Shown here: positions 28,400-43,300 of the stretch, piece by piece | Numbering within the stretch: the stretch's first letter is position 1 | Layout: every line of letters begins with the position of its first letter | NCBI RefSeq assembly: GCF_009914755.1 | Contig: NC_060948.1 | Direction: 5' to 3' (one strand) | DNA length: 64,000 nt | DNA from: the human T2T-CHM13v2.0 reference genome, Homo sapiens | Position numbers and translations under genes: made by a program | The notes under the pieces: generated by a model | What the model saw: the letters and a program-made list of their open reading frames with translations, nothing else | What the model was told of the DNA's origin: nothing | The model's database searches: none

Positions 28400-31300
28400 G
28401 GACTCGACTGGTACGGACTCCAATGGAATGGAATCGAATGGAAGGGAATCGAACGGAATGGACTCGAAGGGAAAAGACTGCAATGGAGAGGTCTCGAATG
28501 GAATGGAAATTAATGGAATGGAATGGAATCGAATGAAATGGAGTCAAAAGGAATGGAATCGAATGGCAAGAAATCGAATGTAATGGAATCGCAAGGAATT
28601 GATGTGAACGGAACGGAATGGAATGGAATCCAAAGGAATGGAATAGAATGGAATGGAATCGAATGGAAAGGACTCGAATGGAAATCACTCGAATAGAATG
28701 CAATTTAATAAAATAGGATCAAATGTAATGGAATGGAATGGAAAGGAATCGAAACGAAAGGAATGGAGACAGATGGAATGGAATGGAACAGAGAGCAATG
28801 GTATAGAATGGAATGGAATCCTCTGGAATGGAATTGAATGGAATGGAATAATATGAAATGGAATGGAATGGAATGGAATGCCCTTGAATTAAATGGACTG
28901 GAATGGAATGGACTCGAACAGAGTGGAATGGAAAGTGTTGAAATAGAATGGAATGGACTCGTTTGGAATGGTCTAGTATACAATGCAATCGACCGGCAGG
29001 GAATCAAAAGGAATGTAATCGAATGGATTGGACTGGAATGCAATGGACTCGAATAGATTGGAAACGGAAAGCAAAGGAATGGAATGGAATAGTATGGAAT
29101 GGAATGGAAAGGAATGGAGTGGAATAGACTAGAGTGGAATGGAATGGACTCGAAAGCAATGGACTGGAATGGAACTTTCTTGAATGGACTGGAATCAAAC
29201 GGAATGGAATGCAATGCAATCAAATGGCATGGAATAAAATAGAATGAAAGAGAATCAAATGGAATTGAATCGAATGGAATCGAATGGATTGGAAAGGAAT
29301 AGAATGGAATGGAATGGAATTGACTCAAATGGAATGGACTAGAATGGAATGGATTCGAATGGAAGGCAAAGGAATGGAATCTATTGGAATGGACTGTAAT
29401 GGAATGGAATGGAAGGGATTGGAATGGACTCGAATGGAATGGACTGCAATAGAAAGGATTCGAATGGAATGAAAAAGAATTGAATGGAATAGAACAGAAT
29501 GGAATCAAATCGAATGAAATGGAATGGAATAGAAAGGAATGGAATGAAATGGAATGGAAAGGATTCGAATGGAATGCAATCGAATGGAATGCAATCGAAT
29601 GGAATGGAATCGAACGGAATGGAATAAAATGGAAGAAAACTGGCAAGAAATGGAATCGAAATGAATGGAGTGTTATGGAACGGACTCAAAAGGAATTGAA
29701 TGTAATAGAATGGAGTGGAGTGGACTCGAATATAATGGACTGGAATGGAATGAAATCACATGGAATGGGAACGAATGGAATGGAATGGAAAGGAATGGAA
29801 TCGAATGGAAAGGAATCGAATGGAAGGGAATGAAATTGAATCAACAGGAATGGAAGGGAGTAGAATAGACGGTAATGGAATGGACTCGAATAGAATGGAC
29901 ACGAAGGCTCAAATTGAATGGACTCGAATGGAATGGAAACGAAAGGAATGTCATCGAATGGAATTGAATCGATTGGAATGAAATCACATAGAATGGAGTG
30001 GAATCAAATGGAATTGAATCGAAAGGAAAGGAAGCGAATGGACTGAAATGAAATGGAATGGAATTGAATGGAAATTCATGCAATGGAATAGAATGGAACG
30101 AAATTTCACGGAATGGAATCAAACTGAATGGAATCAAATCAATGGAATATAATCAAATGGAATGGAAAGGAATTGAATGGAGTAGATTGGATTGGATGGG
30201 ATTGGAATGAAATGTACTGGAAAGGACTCGAATTTCATGAAACGGAATGGAATGAATTAGAACGGAATGGACTCGAATGGAATGGAATGTCATGGAATGG
30301 CATCAAATGGAATGGAATCGATTGCGATGGAATGCTATGGAATGGAATGGAATGCATTGGAATGGAATGTCCTCTAATGGAATGTATTCGAGTGGAATGG
30401 AATCGAATATAATGGAGTCTAATGAAAGGGAATTGAAAGGAATGGGACCGAATACAATGGAATATACTGGAATGTAATGTAATGAACTCGAATGTAATTG
30501 ACTGGAATGGAATGTACATGAATGGAATGTAATCGAATGGAAAGCAATCCAATGGAATAGAATCTAATGCAATAAAATCGACTCAAGTAGAGTAGAATGT
30601 AATGGAATGGAGTGCAGTGCAATGGAATGGAATGGAATGGAATGCAATGGAATGGAATGGAATGGAATGGAATGGAATGGGATGGAATGGTATGGAATGG
30701 ATAGTAATGGACTGGAGTGAAATGGACTGGAAAAGAATGGACTCAAATTGAAAGGGCTCGAAAGGAATGGAGTCAAATGGAATGGTCTGGAATGGAATGA
30801 ACACGAATGTAATGCAATCCAATAGAATGGAATCGAATGGCATGGAATATAAAGAAATGGAATCGAAGAGAATGGAAACAAATGGAATGGAATTGAATGG
30901 AATGGGAACGAATGGAGTGAAATTGTATGCAGTAGAAGAGAATAGAATGGAATGCAAGCGAAAGGAAAGGAATGGATTGGAATGGAATGGAATTCATTGG
31001 AATGGAAGGGAATGTAGTGTAATGGACAGGCCTGGAATAAAGTGGAATGCTACAGTCTCGAATGGAATAAAAATGTATGGAATGGAATGCAATGAAACGG
31101 AATCGAATGTCATAGAATGTAATGGAATGCAAAAAAATGGAATCCAAAATCATTGACTGGAAAGGCTGGGTGTCGAAAGGAATTGACTCCAATGGAATGG
31201 AATCGAATGGAATGGAAGTGAATAGAATGGAACTAAATCGAATGGAATGGAATTGATAGGAACGGAATGGAAAGGAATGCAATGATTTGGCATGGAATGG

Positions 31301-34300
31301 AATCGAATGGCATCGAATGGAATGGAATGGAATGCAATGGAATGGAATGTATTAGAATGTAATGAACTTTAATGGAATGTACTCGAATGGATTCGACTGG
31401 AATGGAATGTTCTCGAAGTGAATGGACTCCAATGGAATGGATTCGAAAGGAATGGAATCTAATGGAATGGAATTAAATGGAAATGAATCAAATTGAATAG
31501 AACGGAATTGAATTGAATGGAATCGAATGCAATGGAATCTAATGAAACGGAAAGGAAAGGAATGGAATGGATTGGAATGGAATGGGCTGGAATGGAATGG
31601 AATCGAAACGAATGGAATGGAATCGAACTGAAGAGACTGGAATGGAATGCACTGGAATGGAAGGGAATGTAATGGAAGGTTCTCGAAAAAAATGGAATCG
31701 AAAGGAATGGAATTGAATGGAACGGAATAGAGTCGAATGGAATTGAATGGAATGGAATGGACTAGAGTGAAATGGAATCGAACCACAAGGAATGGACAGG
31801 AATAGAATGGTCTCGAATTGAATGGAATCGTATGGAATGGCATCAAACGGAATGGAATGGACAGCCACGGAATGGAATGGACACCCACGGAATGGAATGC
31901 ACTCGAATGCAATGGAGTCGACACTAATGGACTGAATAGAATGGACTCGACTGGTACGGACTCCAATGGAATGGAATCGAATGGAAGGGAATCGAACGGA
32001 ATGGACTCGAAGGGAAAAGACTGCAATGGAAAGGTCTCCAATGGAATGGAAATTAATGGAATGGAATGGAATCGAATGAAATGGAGTCAAAAGGAATGGA
32101 ATCGAATGGCAAGAAATCGAATGTAATGGAATCGCAAGGAATGGATGTGAACGGAACGGAATGGAATGGAATCCAAAGGAATGGAATAGAATGGAATGGA
32201 ATCGAATGGAAAGGACTCGAATGGAAATCACTCGAATAGAATGCAATTTAATAAAATAGGATCAAATGTAATGGAATGGAATGGAAAGGAATCGAAACGA
32301 AAGGAATGGAGACAGATGGAATGGAATGGAACAGAGAGCAATGGTATAGAATGGAATGGAATCATCTGGAATGGAATTGAATGGAATGGAATAATATGAA
32401 ATGGAATGGAATGGAATGGAATGCCCTTGAATTAAATGGACTGGAATGGAATGGACTCGAACAGAGTGGAATGGAAAGTGTTGAAATAGAATGGAATGGA
32501 CTCGTTTGGAATGGTCTAGTATGCAATGCAATCGACTGGCAGGGAATCAAAAGGAATGTAATCGAATGGATTGGACTGGAATGCAATGGACTCGAATAGA
32601 TTGGAAACGGAAAGCAAAGGAATGGAATGGAATAGTATGGAATGGAATGGAAGGAATGGAGTGGAATAGACTAGAGTGGAATGGAATGGACTCGAAAGCA
32701 ATGGACTGGAATGGAACTTTCTTGAATGGACTGGAATCAAACGGAATGGAATGCAATGCAATCAAATGGCATGGAATAAAATAGAATGAAAGAGAATCAA
32801 ATGGAATTGAATCGAATGGAATCGAATGGATTGGAAAGGAATAGAATGGAATGGAATGGAATTGACTCAAATGGAATGGACTAGAATGGAATGGATTCGA
32901 ATGGAAGTCAAAGGAATGGAATCTATTGGAATGGACTGTAATGGAATGGAATGGAAGGGATTGGAATGGACTCGAATGGAATGGACTGCCATAGAAAGGA
33001 TTCGAATGGAATGAAAAAGAATTGAATGGAATAGAACAGAATGGAATCAAATCGAATGAAATGGAATGGAATAGAAAGGAATGGAATGAAATGGAATGGA
33101 AAGGATTCAAATGGAATGCAATCGAATGGAATGCAATCGAGTGGAATGGAATCGAACGGAATGGAATAAAATGGAAGAAAACTGGCAAGAAATGGAATCG
33201 AAATGAATGGAGTGTTATGGAACGGACTCAAAAGGAATTGAATGTAATAGAATGGAGTGGAGTGGACTCGAATATAATGGACTGGAATGGAATGAAATCA
33301 CATGGAATGGGAACGAATGGAATGGAATGGAAAGGAATGGAATCGAATGGAAAGGAATCGAATGGAAGGGAATGAAATTGAATCAACAGGAATGGAAGGG
33401 AGTAGAATAGACGGTAATGGAATGGACTCGAATAGAATGGACACGAATGCTCAAATTGAATGGACTCGAATGGAATGGAAACGAAAGGAATGTCATCGAA
33501 TGGAATTGAATCGATTGGAATGAAATCACATAGAATGGAGTGGAATCAAATGGAATTGAATCGAAAGGAAAGGAAGCGAATGGACTGAAATGAAATGGAA
33601 TGGAATTGAATGGAAATTAATGCAATGGAATAGAATGGAACGAAATTTCACGGAATGGAATCAAACTGAATGGAATCAAATCAATGGAATCAAATCAAAT
33701 GGAACGGAAAGGAATTGAATGGAGTAGATTGGATTGGATGGGATTGGAATGAAATGTACTGGAAAGGACTCGAATTTCATGAAACGGAATGGAATGAATT
33801 AGAACGGAATGGACTCGAATGGAATGGAATGTCATGGAATGGCATCAAAAGGAATGGAATCGATTGCGATGGAATGCTATGGAATGGAATGGAATGCATT
33901 GGAATGGAATGTCCTCTAATGGAATGTATTCGAGTGGAATGGAATCGAATATAATGGAGTCTAATGAAAGGGAATTGAAAGGAATGGGACCGAATACAAT
34001 GGAATATACTGGAATGTAATGTAATGAACTCGAATGTAATTGACTGGAATGGAATGTACATGAATGGAATGTAATCGAATGGAAAGCAATCCAATGGAAT
34101 AGAATCTAATGCAATAAAATCGACTCAAATAGAGTAGAATGTAATGGAATGGAGTGCAGTGCAATGGAATGGAATGGAATGGAATGCAATGGAATGGAAT
34201 GGAATGGAATGGAATGGGATGGAATGGTATGGAATGGATAGTAATGGACTGGAGTGAAATGGACTGGAAAAGAATGGACTCAAATTGAAAGGGCTCGAAA

Positions 34301-37300
34301 GGAATGGAGTCAAATGGAATGGTCTGGAATGGAATGAACACGAATGTAATGCAATCCAATAGAATGGAATCGAATGGCATGGAATATAAAGAAATGGAAT
34401 CGAAGAGAATGGAAACAAATGGAATGGAATTGAATGGAATGGAATTGAATGGAATGGGAACGAATGGAGTGAAATTGTATGCAGTAGAAGAGAATAGAAT
34501 GGAATGCAAGCGAAAGGAAAGGAATGGATTGGAATGGAATGGAATTCATTGGAATGGAAGGGAATGTAGTGTAATGGACAGGCCTGGAATAAAGTGGAAT
34601 GCTACGGTCTCGAATGGAATAAAAATGTATGGAACGGAATGCAATGAAACGGAATCGAATGTCATAGAATGTAATGGAATGCAAAAAAATGGACTCCAAA
34701 ATCATTGACTGGAAAGGCTGGGTGTCGAAAGGAATTGACTCCAATGGAATGGAATCGAATGGAATGGAAGTGAATAGAATCGAACTAAATCGAATGGAAT
34801 GGAATTGATAGGAACGGAATGGAAAGGAATGCAATGATTTGGCATGGAATGGAATCGAATGGCATCGAATGGAATGGAATGGAATGCAATGGAATGGAAT
34901 GTATTAGAATGTAATGAACTTTAATGGAATGTACTCGAATGGATTCGACTGGAATGGAATGTTCTCGAAGTGAATGGACTCCAATGGAATGGATTCGAAA
35001 GGAATGGAATCTAATGGAATGGAATTAAATGGAAATGAATCAAATTGAATAGAACGGAATTGAATTGAATGGAATCGAATGCAATGGAATCTAATGAAAC
35101 GGAAAGGAAAGGAATGGAATGGATTGGAATGGAATGGGCTGGAATGGAATGGAATCGAAACGAATGGAATGGAATCGAACTGAAGAGACTGGAATGGAAT
35201 GCACTGGAATGGAAGGGAATGTAATGGAAGGTTCTCGAAAAAAATGGAATCGAAAGGAATGGAATTGAATGGAACGGAATAGAGTCGAATGGAATTCAAT
35301 GGAATGGAATGGACTAGAGTGAAATGGAATCGAACCACAAGGAATGGACAGGAATAGAATGGTCTCGAATTGAATGGAATCGTATGGAATGGCATCAAAC
35401 GGAATGGAATGGACAGCCACGGAATGGAATGGACACCCACGGAATGGAATGCACTCGAATGCAATGGAGTCGACACTAATGGACTGGAATAGAATGGACA
35501 CGACTGGTACGGACTCCAATGGAATGGAATCGAATGGAAGGGAATCGAACGGAATGGACTCGAAGGGAAAAGACTGCAATGGAAAGGTCTCCAATGGAAT
35601 GGAAATTAATGGAATGGGATGGAATCGAACGAAATGGAGTCAAAAGGAATGGAATCGAATGGCAAGAAATCGAATGTAATGGAATCGCATGGAATTGATG
35701 TGAACGGAACGGAATGGAATGGAATCCAAAGGAATGGAATAGAATGGAATGGAATCGAATGGAAAGGACTCGAATGGAAATCACTCGAATAGAATGCAAT
35801 TTAATAAAATAGGATCAAATGTAATGGAATGGAATGGAAAGGAATAGAAACGAAAGGAATGGAGACAGATGGAATGGAATGGAACAGAGAGCAATGGTAT
35901 AGAATGGAATGGAATCATCTGGAATGGAATTGAATGGAATGGAATAATATGAAATGGAATGGAATTTAATGGAATGGAATGCCCTTGTATTAAATGGACT
36001 GGAATGGAATGGACTCGAACAGAGTGGAATGGAAAGTGTTGAAATAGAATGGAATGGACTCGTTTGGAATGGTCTAGTATGCAATGCAATCGACTGGCAG
36101 GGAATCAAAAGGAATGTAATCGAATGGATTGGACTGGAATGCAATGGACTCGAATAGATTGGAAACGGAAAGCAAAGGAATGGAATGGAATAGTATGGAA
36201 TGGAATGGAAAGGAATGGGGAGGAATAGACTAGAGTGGAATGGAATGGACTCGAAAGCAATGGACTGGAATGGAACTTTCTTGAATGGACTGGAATCAAA
36301 GGGAATGGAATGCAATGCAATCAAATGGCATGGAATAAAATAGAATGAAAGAGAATCAAATGGAATTGAATCGAATGGAATCGAATGGATTGGAAAGGAA
36401 TAGAATGGAATGGAATGGAATTGACTCAAATGGAATGGACTAGAATGGAATGGATTCGAATGGAAGGCAAAGGAATGGAATCTATTGGAATGGACTGTAA
36501 TGGAATGGAATGGAAGGGATTGGAATGGACTCGAATGGAATGGACTGCAATAGAAAGGATTCGAATGGAATGAAAAAGAATTGAATGGAATAGAACAGAA
36601 TGGAATCAAATCGAATGAAATGGAATGGAATAGAAAGGAATGGAATGAAATGGAATGGAAAGGATTCGAATGGAATGCAATCGAATGGAATGAAATCGAA
36701 TGGAATGGAATCGAACGGAATGGAATAAAATGGAGGAAAACTGGCAAGAAATGGAGTCGAAATGAATGGAGTGTTATGGAACGGACTCAAAAGGAATTGA
36801 ATGTAATAGAATGGAGTGGAGTGGACTCGAATATAATGGACTGGAATGGAATGAAATCACATGGAATGGGAACGAATGGAATGGAATGGAAAGGAATGGA
36901 ATCGAATGGAAAGGAATCGAATGGAAGGGAATGAAATTGAATCAACAGGAATGGAAGGGAGTAGAATAGACGGTAATGGAATGGACTCGAATAGAATGGA
37001 CACGAATGCTCAAATTGAATGGACTCGAATGGAATGGAAACGAAAGGAATGTCATCGAATGGAATTGAATCGATTGGAATGAAATCACATAGAATGGAGT
37101 GGAATCAAATGGAATTGAATCGAAAGGAAAGGAAGCGAATGGACTGAAATGAAATGGAATGGAATTGAATGGAAATTAATGCAATGGAATAGAATGGAAC
37201 GAAATTTCACGGAATGGAATCAAACTGAATGGAATCAAATCAATGGAATATAATCAAATGGAATGGAAAGGAATTGAATGGAGTAGATTGGATTGGATGG

Positions 37301-40300
37301 GATTGGAATGAAATGTACTGGAAAGGACTCGAATTTCATGAAACGGAATGGAATGAATTAGAACGGAATGGACTCGAATGGAATGGAATGTCATGGAATG
37401 GCATCAAATGGAATGGAATCGAATGCGATGGAATGCTATGGAATGGAATGGAATGCATTGGAATGGAATGTCCTCTAATGGAATGTATTCGAGTGGAATG
37501 GAATCGAATATAATGGAGTCTAATGAAAGGGAATTGAAAGGAATGGGACCGAATACAATGGAATATACTGGAATGTAATGTAATGAACTCGAATGTAATT
37601 GACTGGAATGGAATGTACATGAATGGAATGTAATCGAATGGAAAGCAATCCAATGGAATAGAATCTAATGCAATAAAATGGACTCAAATAGAGTAGAATG
37701 TAATGGAATGGAGTGCAGTGCAATGGAATGGAATGGAATGGAATGCAATGGAATGGAATGGAATGGGATGGAATGGTATGGAATGGATAGTAATGGACTG
37801 GAGTGAAATGGACTGGAAAAGAATGGACTCAAATTGAAAGGGCTCGAAAGGAATGGAGTCAAATGGAATGGTCTGGAATGGAATGAACATGAATGTAATG
37901 CAATCCAATAGAATGGAATCGAATGGCATGGAATATAAAGAAATGGAATCGAAGAGAATGGAAACAAATGGAATGGAATTGAATGGAATGGAATTGAATG
38001 GAATGGGAACGAATGGAGTGAAATTGTATGCAGTAGAAGAGAATAGAATGGAATGCAAGCGAAAGGAAAGGAATGGATTGGAATGGAATGGAATTCATTG
38101 GAATGGAAGGGAATGTAGTGTAATGGACAGGCCTGGAATAAAGTGGAATGCTACGGTCTCGAATGGAATAAAAATGTATGGAATGGAATGCAATGAAACG
38201 GAATCGAATGTCATAGAATGTAATGGAATGTAAAAAAATGGAATCCAAAATCATTGACTGGAAAGGCTGGGTGTCGAAAGGAATTGACTCCAATGGAATG
38301 GAATCGAATGGAATGGAAGTGAATAGAATGGAACTAAATCGAATGGAATGGAATTGATAGGAACGGAATGGAAAGGAATGCAATGATTTGGCATGGAATG
38401 GAATCGAATGGCATCGAATGGAATGGAATGGAATGCAATGGAATGGAATGTATTAGAATGTAATGAACTTTAATGGAATGTACTCGAATGGATTCGACTG
38501 GAATGGAATGTTCTCGAAGTGAATGGACTCCAATGGAATGGATTCGAAAGGAATGGAATCTAATGGAATGGAATTAAATGGAAATGAATCAAATTGAATA
38601 GAACGGAATTGAATTGAATGGAATCGAATGCAATGGAATCTAATGAAACGGAAAGGAAAGGAATGGAATGGATTGGAATGGAATGGGCTGGAATGGAATG
38701 GAATCGAAACGAATGGAATGGAATCGAACTGAAGAGACTGGAATGGAATGCACTGGAATGGAAGGGAATGTAATGGAAGGTTCTCGAAAAAAATGGAATC
38801 GAAAGGAATGGAATTGAATGGAACGGAATAGAGTCGAATGGAATTCAATGGAATGGAATGGACTAGAGTGAAATGGAATCGAACCACAAGGAATGGACAG
38901 GAATAGAATGGTCTCGAATTGAATGGAATCGTATGGAATGGCATCAAACGGAATGGAATGGACAGCCACGGAATGGAATGGACACCCACGGAATGGAATG
39001 CACTCGAATGCAATGGAGTCGACACTAATGGACTGGAATAGAATGGACACGACTGGTACGGACTCCAATGGAATGGAATCGAATGGAAGGGAATCGAACG
39101 GAATGGACTCGAAGGGAAAAGACTGCAATGGAAAGGTCTCCAATGGAATGGAAATTAATGGAATGGAATGGAATCGAACGAAATGGAGTCAAAAGGAATG
39201 GAATCGAATGGCAAGAAATCGAATGTAATGGAATCGCATGGAATTGATGTGAACGGAACGGAATGGAATGGAATCCAAAGGAATGGAATAGAATGGAATG
39301 GAATCGAATGGAAAGGACTCGAATGGAAATCACTCGAATAGAATGCAATTTAATAAAATAGGATCAAATGTAATGGAATGGAATGGAAAGGAATCGAAAC
39401 GAAAGGAAAGGAGACAGATGGAATGGAATGGAACAGAGAGCAATGGTATAGAATGGAATGGAATCATCTGGAATGGAATTGAATGGAATGGAATAATATG
39501 AAATGGAATGGAATTTAATGGAATGGAATGCCCTTGTATTAAATGGACTGGAATGGAATGGACTCGAACAGAGTGGAATGGAAAGTGTTGAAATAGAATG
39601 GAATGGACTCGTTTGGAATGGTCTAGTATGCAATGCAATCGACTGGCAGGGAATCAAAAGGAATGTAATCGAATGGATTGGACTGGAATGCAATGGACTC
39701 GAATAGATTGGAAACGGAAAGCAAAGGAATGGAATGGAATAGTATGGAATGGAATGGAAAGGAATGGAGAGGAATAGACTAGAGTGGAATGGAATGGACT
39801 CGAAAGCAATGGACTGGAATGGAACTTTCTTGAATGGACTGGAATCAAAGGGAATGGAATGCAATGCAATCAAATGGCATGGAATAAAATAGAATGAAAG
39901 AGAATCAAATGGAATTGAATCGAATGGAATCGAATGGATTGGAAAGGAATAGAATGGAATGGAATGGAATTGACTCAAATGGAATGGACTAGAATGGAAT
40001 GGATTCGAATGGAAGGCAAAGGAATGGAATCTATTGGAATGGACTGTAATGGAATGGAATGGAAGGGATTGGAATGGACTCGAATGGAATGGACTGCAAT
40101 AGAAAGGATTCGAATGGAATGAAAAAGAATTGAATGGAATAGAACAGAATGGAATCAAATCGAATGAAATGGAATGGAATAGAAAGGAATGGAATGAAAT
40201 GGAATGGAAAGGATTCGAATGGAATGCAATCGAATGGAATGAAATCGAATGGAATGGAATCGAACGGAATGGAATAAAATGGAAGAAAACTGGCAAGAAA

Positions 40301-43300
40301 TGGAGTCGAAATGAATGGAGTGTTATGGAACGGACTCAAAAGGAATTGAATGTAATAGAATGGAGTGGAGTGGACTCGAATATAATGGACTGGAATGGAA
40401 TGAAATCACATGGAATGGGAACGAATGGAATGGAATGGAAAGGAATGGAATCGAATGGAAAGGAATCGAATGGAAGGGAATGAAATTGAATCAACAGGAA
40501 TGGAAGGGAGTAGAATAGACGGTAATGGAATGGACTCGAATAGAATGGACACGAATGCTCAAATTGAATGGACTCGAATGGAATGGAAACGAAAGGAATG
40601 TCATCGAATGGAATTGAATCGATTGGAATGAAATCACATAGAATGGAGTGGAATCAAATGGAATTGAATCGAAAGGAAAGGAAGCGAATGGACTGAAATG
40701 AAATGGAATGGAATTGAATTGAAATTAATGCAATGGAATAGAATGGAACGAAATTTCACGGAATGGAATCAAACTGAATGGAATCAAATCAATGGAATAT
40801 AATCAAATGGAATGGAAAGGAATTGAATGGAGTAGATTGGATTGGATGGGATTGGAATGAAATGTACTGGAAAGGACTCGAATTTCATGAAACGGAATGG
40901 AATGAATTAGAACGGAATGGACTCGAATGGAATGGAATGTCATGGAATGGCATCAAATGGAATGGAATCGAATGCCATGGAATGCTATGGAATGGAATGG
41001 AATGCATTGGAATGGAATGTCCTCTAATGGAATGTATTCGAGTGGAATGGAATCGAATATAATGGAGTCTAATGAAAGGGAATTGAAAGGAATGGGACCG
41101 AATACAATGGAATATACTGGAATGTAATGTAATGAACTCGAATGTAATTGACTGGAATGGAATGTACATGAATGGAATGTAATCGAATGGAAAGCAATCC
41201 AATGGAATAGAATCTAATGCAATAAAATGGACTCAAATAGAGTAGAATGTAATGGAATGGAGTGCAGTGCAATGGAATGGAATGGAATGGAATGCAATGG
41301 AATGGAATGGAATGGAATGGAATGGAATGGAATGGGATGGAATGGTATGGAATGGATAGTAATGGACTGGAGTGAAATGGACTGGAAAAGAAGGGACTCA
41401 AATTGAAAGGGCTCGAAAGGAATGGAGTCAAATGGAATGGTCTGGAATGGAATGAACACGAATGTAATGCAATCCAATAGAATGGAATCGAATGGCATGG
41501 AATATAAAGAAATGGAATCGAAGAGAATGGAAACAAATGGAATGGAATTGAATGGAATGGAATTGAATGGAATGGGAACGAATGGAGTGAAATTGTATGC
41601 AGTAGAAGAGAATAGAATGGAATGCAAGCGAAAGGAAAGGAATGGATTGGAATGGAATGGAATTCATTGGAATGGAAGGGAATGTAGTGTAATGGACAGG
41701 CCTGGAATAAAGTGGAATGCTACGGTCTCGAATGGAATAAAAATGTATGGAATGGAATGCAATGAAACGGAATCGAATGTCATAGAATGTAATGGAATGC
41801 AAAAAAATGGACTCCAAAATCATTGACTGGAAAGGCTGGGTGTCGAAAGGAATTGACTCCAATGGAATGGAATCGAATGGAATGGAAGTGAATAGAATGG
41901 AACTAAATCGAATGGAATGGAATTGATAGGAACGGAATGGAAAGGAATGCAATGATTTGGCATGGAATGGAATCGAATGGCATCGAATGGAATGGAATGG
42001 AATGCAATGGAATGGAATGTATTAGAATGTAATGAACTTTAATGGAATGTACTCGAATGGATTCGACTGGAATGGAATGTTCTCGAAGTGAATGGACTCC
42101 AATGGAATGGATTCGAAAGGAATGGAATCTAATGGAATGGAATTAAATGGAAATGAATCAAATTGAATAGAACGGAATTGAATTGAATGGAATCGAATGC
42201 AATGGAATCTAATGAAACGGAAAGGAAAGGAATGGAATGGATTGGAATGGAATGGGCTGGAATGGAATGGAATCGAAACGAATGGAATGGAATCGAACTG
42301 AAGAGACTGGAATGGAATGCACTGGAATGGAAGGGAATGTAATGGAAGGTTCTCGAAAAAAATGGAATCGAAAGGAATGGAATTGAATGGAACGGAATAG
42401 AGTCGAATGGAGTTCAATGGAATGGAATGGACTAGAGTGAAATGGAATCGAACCACAAGGAATGGACAGGAATAGAATGGTCTCGAATTGAATGGAATCG
42501 TATGGAATGGCATCAAACGGAATGGAATGGACAGCCACGGAATGGAATGGACACCCACGGAATGGAATGCACTCGAATGCAATGGAGTCGACACTAATGG
42601 ACTGGAATAGAATGGACTCGACTGGTACGGACTCCAATGGAATGGAATCGAATGGAAGGGAATCGAACGGAATGGACTCGAAGGGAAAAGACTGCAATGG
42701 AAAGGTCTCCAATGGAATGGAAATTAATGGAATGGAATGGAATCGAATGAAATGGAGTCAAAAGGAATGGAATCGAATGGCAAGAAATCGAATGTAATGG
42801 AATCGCAAGGAATTGATGTGAACGGAACGGAATGGAATGGAATCCAAAGGAATGGAATAGAATGGAATGGAATCGAATGGAAAGGACTCGAATGGAAATC
42901 ACTCGAATAGAATGCAATTTAATAAAATAGGATCAAATGTAATGGAATGGAATGGAAAGGAATCGAAACGAAAGGAATGGAGACAGATGGAATGGAATGG
43001 AACAGAGAGCAATGGTATAGAATGGAATGGAATCATCTGGAATGGAATTGAATGGAATGGAATAATATGAAATGGAATGGAATGGAATGGAATGTCCTTG
43101 AATTAAATGGACTGGAATGGAATGGACTCGAACAGAGTGGAATGGAAAGTGTTGAAATAGAATGGAATGGACTCGTTTGGAATGGTCTAGTATGCAATGC
43201 AATCGACTGGCAGGGAATCAAAAGGAATGTAATCGAATGGATTGGACTGGAATGCAATGGACTCGAATAGATTGGAAACGGAAAGCAAAGGAATGGAATG

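Larger units (their letters stand above)
8590..28400 (+). repeat. DYZ1 variant block B (~5.6 units)
   Basis: B-specific markers: extra 15 bp carrying TCGTACGG (~10232, 13766, 17320, 20848, 24396, 27924) and GTTGAGATAG. Markers shared with block A but not C: AATAGCACGG, TCGCATAG, doubled GGCATCAAAT, single CAGCCACGG, GTCGAA in place of GTCGAC. Confidence 0.75.
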
